DNA from: the human T2T-CHM13v2.0 reference genome, Homo sapiens
Strand: one strand, 5' to 3'
Length of the DNA: 64,000 bases
Assembly: GCF_009914755.1 (NCBI RefSeq)
Contig: NC_060927.1
Position 1 is the first letter of the stretch, and every line of letters starts with the position of its first letter. This document shows, in pieces, positions 42,073 through 55,363 of the stretch. The notes under the pieces were generated by a model. The model had not been told where the DNA came from. It searched no databases and saw only the letters and a list, made by a program, of their open reading frames with translations. A program made the position numbers and the translations under genes.

Positions 42073-43693
42073 GACACTTTCTGACTCTAAAGCCTATGTT
42101 TTTCCCACTACAGATGTCTTCTGTTCCATTCATCTCTCTTGGATATTACATTATGAGGACCTACCTTGAAACCAGATGTGACCTCCAGTAATCCCTTCTG
42201 ACTTTAAGATCCACTAATTTATTTAAAATACCCTACTTATATAACCCTATCTCATGACTCAGTAAAAAATTACAGAAGCAGAGGAAGAAGTGCTTCCTTT
42301 TGTGGGACATTCAGACGCTTTGGGTTTGTGCCAAGATGTCAGGGGAAGTTCCCATTTCACATTCTTCTTCTTTTGCTTGGATAATTGAGGATCTCAAATG
42401 ATGTCAGACTTTCTGAGGTCTTTCTGTGAATTCATTCTTGGCTGATCTCATCATCAGAATGCCACTATTATAAGGTACCGCCCCTGGAATTGCTCAAACT
42501 CAGCAGCTGACTAGACTTCTTCAGGATGCCTCAAGGCATCCACTTGAAGGGCCACTTGGAGCAAAGAGTCTATTTCTGTTCTTAGGTGAAGGCCTGATTC
42601 AGTTGCTTACTACAAGTGCTTGAAATTTGCTACTGGATGTCCTTCATCTTTCTCTTTCTTAACAGATTCCCAACTTATCACAGAAAATATGTTTGTGATA
42701 GCAGTAAACAGACAGTGGTTGACAAAACTGTATCATCAGTGATTTCTTACAGCAGAGAACTATGGGATTAACCACACCTCACTTAGTGTAAAATACACAC
42801 TGTATATGGGCAGAAAAAAGAATCATACGAACCAAAAAATGAAACATCCAGGGGATAATAAAAATACTATGATTATATCCTGAAGCTTCCTGGCTTACCA
42901 GATGTGCCAACCTTAGTTTTATTTAGTGATGAGGTACATATCATGTCCCTTAAAATCCTCATGAGTTAGCTCAATTGGCTTTCCAGATGGAGACCAATGG
43001 TCCCAAAATATCTCACCTCCTTCCTCTCCATCCCTAGGATGTAGCACAGAAGACACCCACAAATTCAAGAGAGCTTTAAGGTAAAATACCTGTGGAAACC
43101 CTCAATGAGTAGATAGACTCAGAGTCACTCACAAAATGAGAACAAGTCCCCAGATGATTGTCTCTGTTTAGTGCATTACAGTGAGAAACGTGATTTTATT
43201 CCCCACTAAGTCTTTCTAGCCATCCCTGGAGCCCCAGCCACCTTATAAAATGCATTTAACTGTTGCACTGTCATTCTTCCTATCTACAGATGCCCACAGA
43301 TCTTTGCTTATGGGATTCTTTCAGCCTGAATGTTCTTCACAAACTCTGCCTTTCTAAATCCCAGGAACATTTCAATGCAATTCTTCTCTGAAGCCTTCCT
43401 TGGTTACTAATATTAAATCTAACACCAAATTCACAGCTTATGTGTTTCCTAGAGCACTTGGATGTTCTGCCTGTTTTAGAGTTTTTTTGTCATTGTTAGT
43501 CTGTCTTGCTCGCCACATATCAATCTGTTTTACTAGATTGTTTTACTTGTTTGTATGATTTTACAAGCTCCTATAATACCAATCTATCACACATTCTAAA
43601 ACAGATGGGTGCAATAATAAATCGCCATTTGACTGGGGAACGTTTCTCTTAAAGTTAAGAAAAAAATATCAGGCCTTGCTCCTCCAAAAATGT

Positions 43694-43728
43694 CAGGTGG
43701 ATCACCTGAGGTCAGGAGTTCGAGACCA
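43694..43728 (+). mobile_element. Isolated 35-bp internal Alu fragment (B-box region)
   Basis: caggtggatcacctgaggtcaggagttcgagacca embedded in non-Alu DNA. Confidence 0.85.
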
Positions 43729-44393
43729 CTCCTCCACTGTGGAGTAGACAACCCATGGTTATAACCCTCAAACCCTGTGGTCCTTTGAGGTTGCCACTGT
43801 ATCCAGGGGGTGTAACCAAAGCAGTAGGATTTGCTCTCTGGCCTCCATGAAAAAGAGTTCTTTACTTCAAAAGTAGTTCCACCCTTCCTCATTTCACAAA
43901 ACCTAATGCTTTGCTATAATACAACATGATATAGTAGTAGACTCCAAGAAGTTTTCTTTATCTTTTAGAAATTAATATGTGTGACACAAGTTATAAAAAA
44001 TTAAAAGAATGGGTAGTTTTATAAATCTCATTTTATCTACAAGTCTATATTTTAAGTTTTTCTCTATGTTGCTATGCAGAAAAAAAGAATTCAAACAATT
44101 CTGACAAAAACTAGTAATTATTTCATAACTGAGGCTGTTACAAGAAAGATGGCTTGAAAGGGCAGGTGCTAAAAAACATAAAAAGATTCTGTAAAGGGTT
44201 CTGATGGGACAGAAATGGCAAATTTAAAAGAGAGGTAAAGAAAATTGGAGAGAGGAGCTTCTAATGACAAAATATTGTAGTGAGACTAAAGACAAGACTA
44301 CTTTGAAGACTACAGAATCAAATATAATACTTCACAAAATAAAAGGGCTTTTGCAATAGTCATATTCAAAGGCTCTCTAAAGACCTAATTAAA

Positions 44394-44617
44394 TTTGGGA
44401 GACGAAGGCAGGCCGATCACTTGAGGTCAGGAGTTTGAGACCAGCCTGTCCAACATGATGAAACCCTGTATATATTAAAAATAAAAATAAAAAAATTAGT
44501 TGGGCGTGGTGGCGCATGCTTTTAATCCCAGCTACCAGATGGCTGAGACACGAGATTTGCTTGAACCCAGGAGGCAGAGGTTGAAGTGAGCCGAGATGGC
44601 ACCATTGCTCTCCAGCC
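44394..44617 (+). mobile_element. Alu truncated at both ends, no A-tail
   Basis: Starts at 'tttgggag' and ends at 'ctccagcc'. Confidence 0.88.
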
Positions 44618-44879
44618 CCAACTAATTCTAATGTGATGATGATCCCTGCTTGAGGTGCATATTGTAAAGTTAAGAGGAAATGGATATGTTCTCTTTGGTT
44701 TCCTCTTTATTCCGTCAATAAATATATTAAGACAAGCCAGACTTGTGAAAATCTAGACTTCATATATTTGTCTCCAGAGGGAAAGATAGGAGGAAGAAAT
44801 TTTTAGTAATTAAACACATGAGTAGAAACTAGAAGAATGCAAATTATGAGTTGATATAAAGAACACTTTCTAGCTTTCT

Positions 44880-46010
44880 TTAATTTAGAACATTTTACAG
44901 CCTTTTTTGGCAATTGACATTTTTGAGGTAATTGTCTGCTGCATCTTTTTTGTTTGTTTTAATAGAATGTTACTCATTTTGTGTTTGTCATCTTTCCTCA
45001 TGATTAGATTCAGGCTATAGATTCTCAGCGAGAATGCAGCATATGTGATACCGTGTTTTTCTTCACACATACGGAGGCACATTATGTCCAACTTTCTGTC
45101 ATAGGTGATATTAAAGTTGGTCTTATGGTAATGATGCTGTTGATTTCTCCACTGTATAATTACTGTTTATGTTTTCTCCCTTGTAACTAATCAGCAATCT
45201 GTAGGGAGACACTTTAAGACTATGCAAATACCCTGTTTCTTGTCAAAATTTTCCCCTAGATTTAGCATTCATTCAGGATTCTTGCCTGAGCTAATCTTTA
45301 CCATGATGGCTGTAAAATCTTCTTTCATATAATGCTCATTATGCAGAATGTGGAATATATAGAAACATAAAATGCATAAAGGAAAAATCTAAAAGAAAGC
45401 TCTCCACCTATTAAATAAATAAATGTATGTGAAGCAATTTTCATGTATTGTTTTTCTGTCTTCTCAGGAATGTGTACGTAAACAGAATCATGTATTTTGT
45501 GATGTGAATGTGTGACTCCAGCACTTGCCGTACATTTACCAGTTCGCCTTTGTTATTCCATTGTAAGCAAGGAATCCACCCCTTGTTAATCAATTAATTA
45601 ATCTATTTTTAACACGGAATCTTAAATATTAATTTTAAAGATTTATAATTTATTATTGTTCTTATTTATTTTGGTGCTCAAAATTGTTGTATGTCTGGCC
45701 ATTGGGAGCTCCTTCAGTTTGGTTCCTGTGTACCTATAACATGCAAGATCTTTCTTCCTTTCTTTTTGCCTCTCTCCCCTCTCTTTTTCTTTGTTTCTTT
45801 TTCTTTATTTTTTTCTCTTTTCTCTCTCTTCTTTCTTCCTTTCTAGAACTTTCATAATTATGATACAATAAGATGTTCCAGACTCATCTCTCACACTGAT
45901 ACTGTCCTAGCCCTGAAATCAGCCATGTCTCTTAGTAGCTCTGGTTTAATTTAGTGGGAAATTGTATTAATAATCAAGTTCTGAGCACTAAGTATGTTCA
46001 ATGCTGTGGA
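44880..46010 (-). mobile_element. Old L1MC/L1ME 3' region
   Basis: 'ttcctcatgattagattcaggctat', 'gacactttaagactatgcaaata' and 'aagatgttccagactcatct'. Confidence 0.6.
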
Positions 46011-46639
46011 GTAGGATCCACTATGGCCAGTGCTGTCTTATGCAGGGCTTAATGTGGAGTGAAAACCAAAAGAAGGTTCCCCAAGGTCAGAGGGAGGATA
46101 ACATCACTTGATATAAGCTACTTGTTAGGAGACAGAATTTTCAGAGTGAAAATGAGGCTATTCTGGCAGATATAACTTATACAAATTGATGTGATCAGCC
46201 CTGTGTATAACTGAGTGTCTCAAAGTTTTAGCAATGTTTCAAACTCCAATCTAGGTGATCTATGTGCTATTGTAGAGAGGCAGTGTGAAAACATGATTGT
46301 AATTTTAGTAAGCAGAAACCTAAGTGATTGCTTGTCATGTTTACAGAAACTGTGAATTGAAGAGTATGGCAGTATTACCTAGATCAGCAGTCTCCAACTT
46401 CTTTTATTGTACATCCTAGAAGTAAAAATATTTAAATATGCTTCTGTGGTACAATACTAAGATTCATCAAAAGAGGCCACAATCACTATTATTAAATAGA
46501 ACGAAACTTTGTAAAGTACCAGGTCAAGAATTAATTGCCTTTAACATACATGTATTTCCCAATCACTGAAAGAAAAAGTATATGGAATATTTTCATTTTA
46601 TATATGCTTAGTATTTAATTTCTTCTATTAAATAAAATT

Positions 46640-47066
46640 TATAGGGGGCCATTGATTTGAACTGAGCTGCTGCACCAGGCCAACAGACCAAAATGGAGTC
46701 ACTCATGCTGAAGTTCCACATCACCAAACTGAAACTAAGTTGTCTATCAGACCTTCTAAGAAGTCAGGAGACAGAGGGAGATAATAGCCAAGTCATCAAA
46801 CAGGCCAGTTTTAGCCAGCATGATTTTTAAAACATCTCCTTTGTTTATCTTTTACAAAAAAAGTAACTTTGAAATGACCAACCGACTTTTTGTATTCTGT
46901 TTCTGCTTTTCTCAGCCCTTTTCTGGCTTTAAAAGAAAACTCCTCTGCTCAGCTCATCAGAACACTCATTCTGTTTTATGGAATGAAATGTTGCTTGATC
47001 TGACGTTTGCAAATAAAGCCAATTAAGATCTTTAAGCTAAATTTGTTGTAACTTTGTCTTTTCACA
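46640..47066 (+). mobile_element. ERV1-class solo LTR (MER72/LTR47-like; family uncertain)
   Basis: 'ctgagctgctgcaccaggcc...aacagaccaaaatggagtcactcatgct', an AATAAA near the 3' end and a CA terminus. Confidence 0.65.
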
Positions 47067-47236
47067 CTTTTGACACTTTCTAAACATGGTGGTTCCATAC
47101 TATCACCAGTTAATATCTCAAGACACATTGTACACTTTGGGCAATGTCTACTACTAAAAATAGTGAAAGTTAAGTTTCTATATCAAGTTCTCTACTGTGA
47201 TACCCTGTTTTTGGCTTGTCAGTTATAATAAGATGA

Positions 47237-47844
47237 TGTAAGAGAAAAGAAATAGTTTTCTCTCTGCGCTTTACAGTTGTTAGTTGGAATGAACCCTTGT
47301 AACAAAAGAGAGATTAACAAGAGAAAAACGTACGGAAGTTTAATAACATGTATATCTCATGTACACATAGGAGCTCCCAGAGAAATGAGTAAATCTCAAA
47401 GAAATGGCTTTGAGTTCAGGCTTAGATTTTATCTCCAGGTGAAACAAAGAAAGAATGGTGTGGGAGAAGGCCAGTTATGAAGAAGCATCTAGGAAAAGTA
47501 AGGTAAACAGAATAAGATTTTTTAAGTTAGTAGGTAGAATTAAGGCAGATTTAAATCTAAAGTTACATTTAAGTTGGTGCCACCTCTATTAATATAAGCA
47601 TATCGGTGAGTTAGATCATCTTTTTCTCTCTTGTAGAGAGGGAGACACCTTTACAAATGGAGATTTCTTCATAGATATAAATTTCTGTTACATCTACTCG
47701 TGTTTTCAGAGCTTCTTCTGTGTCCTCAGTCTCTCAAAATAATCATCTCAAAATAATGCTTCTGCCAAACAGGCATACTTTGAAGTGGGGTATTATAGTT
47801 TCTTATTATCATATTTTAAGGGAGCATATGTTTGGTCTCCAGCA
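47237..47844 (-). mobile_element. ERV1-class solo LTR (MER34-like)
   Basis: The reverse complement begins 'tgctggagaccaaacatatgctcccttaaaatatg'; also contains 'gtaacaaaagagagattaacaagagaaaaac'. Confidence 0.65.
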
Positions 47845-47880
47845 ATCATAAATGTTTCCTTATCATAAGGTGCTTGATGA

Positions 47881-48226
<346 letters not shown>

Positions 48227-48694
48227 CTGTGTTTTTTATTTTGCTTTTTAATCAAATTTAAGATGACATTGATCCAAAACCACATCATTCTTTTATGTAC
48301 ACTAAAAAATAAAAAAGTTGCTAATTAAATATAAAATGACACTATAAGATGAATTCTAATTTTAGAGATATTAAAATGTGAAAAAATGTGTCTTAGAGTT
48401 GATAAATTATAGTATTATTGTTAATTTTTTGCAAGAACCTTATAAAGCCCCGAAGTGAGTAATGTAATTCATATATCTCCTTAACCGGGTTTATTTAGAC
48501 ACATATTAAAAATGAATGAGTTAGGGCATTATGGGTCCTCTACAGGTTGCAGAACTTTCATTCTTCCCTCAAGACATCTTTAATAACTCACGGAAAACAA
48601 AGTGTGGGTCATACCGTGGTCTAACGTACAGGCCTACTGAAGATATCTGCGTTAGTTTGTTCTTGTGTCACTACAAAGAAGTACCACAGACTTT

Positions 48695-51600
48695 CCAGAA
48701 AAGCAGCAGGAGGAGACAGGACTAACGTGCAGCTTCCACTTGGATGGAAAGGACAGCATATGGAGGTTCACATCGTGAACTTTTGCTCCAACAACTGCCA
48801 CAGGAACATACCAGGAAAACCTAAAGAATTCACAGAGCCTTTGAAAGAAGAGGCCTGCTGGTGCAAACCCTGAGGCAGCTGAAAAACTGACTTCCCAAAG
48901 TGTGAGATGGAGAAATGTCCATCTCTGAAAACACATCCCCACTGGGGAACCTGAAAATCCAGATCACCGGAGAGGACTTAACCTTGCCCAGAGCTGAAAC
49001 AAATTTAGGGAGCCAACTGAAATATAAAAGTAGGAGAAGCAGCAGGAAGATCCCTGCAGGCACTCCCATTCCTCAGCTTGAGCCTAGGAAAGCCATTCCT
49101 GGCCTTATCTTGCAGGCATCCTTGGAGAAGGGAAGGCAGCCCGTGAAACTAGGGAGGGGACACAGGGTGAAGGAAGTGCCTAGCTAAACTTTGTAATAAT
49201 TTTGACTGAGCACAAACTTTCCTGAGCAGAATCCAGGGGGTCAACAGAAGGGCAGATATGAGCACAGAAGCTACAGTTGATGGTGTGGGCAGGTGTGCGG
49301 GGGAGGGGTGCGAGACGTGAGAACCCTGCTTGCTTTCTCAGCAGGGAGATTTGTAGCCCGGGACCAGATCTCAGCCCCGCTCACCAGCTAGCTGAATATA
49401 AACTCAGTGTTGGGAGGGGAGGGCACAGCAGGAGTGATACTAGCCTTGCTGGCTGCATGGGAGCTAGGTGAGACCTGTCACTGCTGGCTTTCCCCCACTT
49501 TCCTGGTGACCTGTATGGCACTGCAGAAGCAGCCATAATCCCCCTGGGAACATAACTCCATTGGCCTGAGAAGCACTCCCCATGCCCCACAGTGGCTGAA
49601 GCAAGCCCTGCCTAAGGAGAGTCTGAGCTCAGACCCACCTAATCCTGCCTCCACCTGATGGTTTTTCTCTACCTGCCATGGTAATTGAAGACAGAAGACA
49701 TAAACTGTTGGGACCTCTATGGCCCTGCCCATTGTCTGAGAAATCTGAGTACTTATCCTGGCCAGTGTAGGGCAAGATTATATCCCCTTTCTACCACTGC
49801 AGCTGGTGCTCTCTTGTAAGTGCCACCTCCTGACTGGAGGCCAACAAACTGAAACCATGACAGCAACTCACAACAGAACAACCTCGCTCCAAACAAGGAG
49901 AAAACAAAAGCTAATTCCACTGCCTGCAACACTCTGGCTAACCAGAAGACCTGAGTCTATCCTGAAAACTTCACTGCTAGCATAATTTGCATTCGAGAAA
50001 ACCAGTGCAGTAAACTACTATCAAGGACTCCCACAGGGTCCCCTTCACTCCTCTGCCATGTTGCTGGTATCCATGGCTGTAAGACCAGAAAATGAAACAT
50101 ATCACAGGACTCTTTGCAGACATTCCCCAGCACCAGCCCAGAACTCAGTAGCCCTGCTGGGTGGCTAGACCCAGAAGGGCAATAACAATCACTGCAGTCT
50201 GGCTTTAAGGAAGCCCCATCCCTAGAGGAAGGAGGAGAGCACCACATCAAAGGATGACCCTGTGAGACAAAAGAATTGGAATGGCAGCACTTGAGCTCCA
50301 TATCTTTCCAATGAAACAGTGGAGAAGGAGAAGAAGCCAGAAAAGTAATTCTGGTAACATGACAAAACAAGGTTCTATAACAACTCCAAAAGATCACACT
50401 AGCTCTCAGGCAATGGATCCAAGCCAAGAATAAACCTCTGAATTACTGGATAAAGAATTCGGAAGGTTGATTATTAAGCTACTTTCAAGGAGGTACCAGA
50501 GAAAGGTGAAAACCAACAAAAAACAAAAACAAAAACATAATATGGATGAAAAAGTCTCTAGAGAAATGGATGTCATGAAGAAAAGACAATCACAAGTTCT
50601 GGAAATGAAAGACACACTTAGAGAAATGCAAAATACACTGAAAAGTTTCAACAATAGAATTGAACAAGTAGAAGAAAGAACTTCAGAGTTCAAAAACAAG
50701 GCTTTTGAGTTAATCCAATCCAATAAAGACAAAAAATAGAATTAAAAAAATGGATAAAGCCTCCAAGAAGTTTGAGATTATGGTAAATGACCAAACATAA
50801 GAAAAATTGGTGTTCCTAAGGAAGAAGAGAAATCTAAAAGTTGGAAAACTTCTTTGAGGAAATAATTGAGGAAAACTTCCCTGGTCTTGCTGGAAATCTA
50901 GACATCCAAATACAAAAAGCTCAAAGAACACTCAGGAAATTCATCACAAAAAGATCATCACCTGGGCACATAGTCATCACGTTACCTGAAGTCAAGATGA
51001 AGAAAAGAATCTTAAGAGCTGTGAGGCAAAAGCATCAGGTAACCTATAAAGGAAAACCTATCAGATTAACAGCAGATTTCTCAGTGGAAACCCTGCAAGC
51101 CAAAAGGGATTGGGATTCTATATTTAGCCTCCTTAAACAAAATAATTATTAGCCAAGAATTTTGTATCCAGAAAACTAAGCTTCAAAATGAAGGACTGAT
51201 AATGTCTTTTTCAGACAAGCAAATATTGAGAGAATTCACCACTACCAAGCCAGCACTACAAGAAATGCTAAAAGGAGTTCTAAATCTTAAAACAAAACCT
51301 CAAAATACACCAAAATAGAACGTCCTTAAAATGTAAGTCTCACAGGGCCTATACAACAATAATACAATGAAAAAAACACACAAGTTATTCAGGCAACAAC
51401 AAGCATGATGAATAGAATAGTACCTCACATCTTGATACTAATGCTGAATGTAAATGGCTTCATTGTTCTGTTTAAAAGGCACAGAATGGCAGAATGGATA
51501 AAAATCCACCAACCAAGTATCTGCTGTCTTCAAGAGACTCACCTAAAACACAAGGACTAGCATAAGCATAAGGTAAAGAAGTGGAAAAAGATATTCCATG

Positions 51601-53703
51601 CAAATGGACACCGAAAGCGAGCAAGAGTGGCTATCCTTACATCAGACAAAACAGACTTTAAAGCAACAACAGTTAACAAAGGCAAAAAGCCACATTCTAT
51701 AATGATAAAAAATCTGGTGCAACAGGAAAATATTACAATCCTAAACATATATGCACCTAACACTAGAGCTCCCAAATTTATAAAGCAATTAATGCAGAAA
51801 TTGAGACACGAGCTAGAAAGCAACACAATAATAGTGGGGGAGTTCAGTATTCCACCGACAGCACTAAGCAGGTCATCAAGACAGAAAGTCAACAACCTTT
51901 ACAACAGCTGCAAATACAATACAATGCAATACAATACAATACAATACAATACAATACAATACAATACAATACAATACAATACTTAGGAATATACCTAACC
52001 AAAGAGGTGAAAAGAAAAACTATAAAACATTACTGAAAGATATCATAGATGACACAAACAAATGGAAACACACCTCATGCTCATGGATGAGTAGAATCAA
52101 TATTATGAAAATGACCATACTGCCAAAAGCAATCTATAAATTCAAAGAAATTCCATCAAAATGCCATTGTCATTCTTCTCAGGACTAGAAAAAGCAATCC
52201 TAAAAATTCATATAAATCCAAGAAAAAGAGCCTGCATAGCCAAAGCAAGACTAAGCAAAAAGAACAAATCTGGGGGCATCACATTACCCGACTTCAAACT
52301 ACTCGAGTGTATAGTTACCAAAGCAGCATGGTACTGGTATAAAAACAGGCACAGACCAGTGGAACAGAATAGAGAACCAAGAAATAAAGCCAAATCTTAC
52401 AGCCAACTAATTTTCAACAAAGCAAACAAAAACATAAAGTGGGGAAAGAACACCTTTTTGGTGCTGGGATAATTGGCAAGCCACATGTAGAAGAATGGAA
52501 CTGGATCCTCGTCTCTCACTTTACACAAAAATCAACTCAAGATTGATCCAAGACTTAAATTTACGACCTCAAACCATAAAAATTCTAGAAGATAACATCA
52601 GAAAAACTCTTCTAAACATTGGCTTAGGCAAAGAGTTTATGACCAAGAACCCAAAAGCAAATGCAACAGAAATGAAGATAAATAGATGAGACTTAATTAA
52701 ACTAAAATGCTTCTACATAGCAAAAGAAGTAATCAACAGATTAAACAGACAACCCAGAGAGTGGAAGAAAATATATGCAAACTATGCATGTAACAAAGGA
52801 CTAGTATTCAGAATCCATGAGGAACTCAAACAAACCAGCAAGAAAAAAATGAACCCATCAAAAAGTGGACTAAGGACATGAATAGACAATTCTCAAAAGA
52901 AGATACACAAATGGCCAACAAGCATATGAAAAAATTCTCAACATCACTAATGATCAGGGAAATGGAAATCAAAACCACAATGCCATACCACCTTGCTCCT
53001 GCAAACATGGCCGTAATTAAAAAATTAAAAATAATAGATGTTGGTGTGGATGTGATGAAAAGGGAACACATTTAAGCTGCTGTTGGGAAGGTAAACTAGT
53101 ACAATCACTATGGAAAACAGTATGGAGGCACCTTAAAGAACTAAAAGTACATCTACCATTAGATCCAGCAATCCCACTACTGTATATCTACCCAGAAGAA
53201 AAGAATTCATTATATGAAAAAGATACTTGCACACACATGTTTATAGCAGCACAATTCACAATTGCAAAAATAAAGAACCAGCCTAAATGTTCATCAACCA
53301 ATGAGTGGGTTTTAAAAAAATGTGATATATGCATATTCCACAAAATATTACTTAACCATAAAAAGGAATAAAATAATGGCATTTGCCACAACCTGGATGT
53401 AGTTGGAGATGATTATTTTAAGTGAAGCAACTCAGGAATGAAAAACCAAACATTGTGTATTCTCACTTGTAAGTGGTAGCTAAGCTTTGAGGATGCAAAA
53501 GCATAAGAATGATGTAATGCAGTCTAGGGAATTGCGGGGAAGGGCAGGAGGGAGGTGAGGGATAAAAGACTACAGATTGGATACAGTGTACTCTGTTTGG
53601 CTGATGGGTGTACCAAAATCTCAGAAATCACCACTAAAAAAATTATTTATGTAAATAAACACTACTTGTTTTCCCAAAACTATTGAAACAATAATAAAAA
53701 AAA
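48695..53703 (+). mobile_element. L1PB element (5'UTR, ORF1, ORF2 endonuclease, internal deletion, ORF2 C-terminus, 3'UTR), inactive
   Basis: ORF1 remnant (EIIEENFPGLA, YKGKPIRLTADFS), endonuclease remnant (NIYAPNT), a junction near 51895 into the ORF2 C-terminal part, and an A-tail. Confidence 0.92.
51913..51982. repeat. (AATAC)n pentanucleotide microsatellite inside L1 ORF2
   Basis: About 14 units, one of them variant (aatgc). Confidence 0.95.
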
Positions 53704-54188
53704 ACCAGACACTATACATATAAAAATTACATACTGGAAGCTGGATAATTTATTTTAAAATATGGTTTAATTGGTTTACAGTTCTGCAGGCTGTACAAAG
53801 ATGGCCCTGGCATCTGCTCTGCTTCTGGTGAGGCCTCAGGAATCTTTTACTCATGGTGGAAGGTGAAGGGGGAATAGGCACATAGCATGACAAGAGAGGG
53901 GGCAAGAGAGAAAGAATGAGGAGGTCCCAGGCTGTTTTAAATAACTAGATATGTGAACTCACTAAAAGAGAACTCAGTTTTCACGAAGTGGGTGGTGCTA
54001 AACCATTCATGAGGGATCCATCCCCATGATCCAATCACCTCCCACTAGGCCGCACCTCCAACATTGGGAATCACATTTCTACATGAGATTTGGAAGGGAC
54101 AAATATGCAAACCATATCAGCACCAGTGTCAATATGTCTTTTAAATGTGAGTCCACATTAATTTTCTCATTTAAAAAAATTCTTATCT

Positions 54189-54511
<323 letters not shown>

Positions 54512-54524
54512 CTATGCATGAACC

Positions 54525-55359
54525 TGTTGCAAGAGTCCTATAGTGAGACAAGGCCTCTTATGAAAAATGTGGCCTCTCAATTCCTTCCTATTTTATACTC
54601 CTGAAAGGGGACTATCAGGACCTTTTTTTAGCTGATTCTATCATTTTTCCTCTGAGTCTCCCTACAAGTTTCTTATATTGCCTCTGTGATCTGACAGATG
54701 GAAATAGATGCCCCTAAATAAACTAAAATGAACACTAAAGTTAAGGAAACAAAAGTTACCTATGGGTTGAGGGTTCAAGGCTTGGCTGGCCTGGAAGCTT
54801 TCTAAATTTGTATGCCCGCAAGAAAAAAATACACTTTTGCTAAACTCTAACAATAGCAGCTTTCAGGCAAATTTCTAACTTTGGTTTATTTAATACTATC
54901 CAGAATACTACAACTCTGACTGTGTAGAGGACTGACTTTACCATCACTCTTTTCTGAGAAGCAACTGCAAACCTTAAGCCAGTTTTAGCCAGCTTAGAGA
55001 GAGTGTACAGAAACTGTCCTTGTGTTTTATAGTTCACCTTTTTACGTAAAAAGCCAATTTTGCTTCATTTTAATGCTAAATCTCCACCCCAAACTGAACA
55101 TGGAATGTATGTTTGTCTATTGCACATGTGCTTGTCTTCCTCTTAAATATGTATGGTTTTTCCCCAAGCCTGCTGCATAAAAATGACTCTTAACTGTGTG
55201 ATGCAGACACTGTGAGGCATAAAACCCAATCTGCCCTTTCTCTCTTCAAAGAGAGCACCTTTAGCCTATACCAGAGACTCTCTCTTTAAGGTTTGCAAAC
55301 TGATATTGCCAATAAAATTCTCCTTTTACTACTTAGCCATCCTGGTCTTTTGGAAAGCA
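54525..55359 (+). mobile_element. ERV1-class solo LTR (family and start uncertain)
   Basis: LTR-like 3' half: 'cattttaatgctaaa...tgtgaggcataaaacccaa...gccaataaa...ttagccatcctgg'. Confidence 0.6.
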
Positions 55360-55363
55360 CTAC

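Larger units (their letters stand above)
48648..54119 (-). mobile_element. MSTB-like MaLR LTR split by the L1PB insertion (pieces about 48648-48692 and 53738-54119)
   Basis: 'tgcgttagtttgttct...aaagaagtacc' continues as 'ctggataattt...gtttaattgg...cagttctgcaggctgtac...aaaccatatca'. Confidence 0.75.

Noticed and set aside
36120-42670. Scattered strong splice-like sites (acceptors at 36146 and 42664; donors near 37174, 39544 and 40428)
   Set aside because: I could not pair them into supported exons, and such sites are frequent by chance in AT-rich DNA.
50467-53075. L1 ORF1/ORF2 fragments as an active retrotransposon
   Set aside because: Multiple stops and frameshifts, and the RT domain is deleted.
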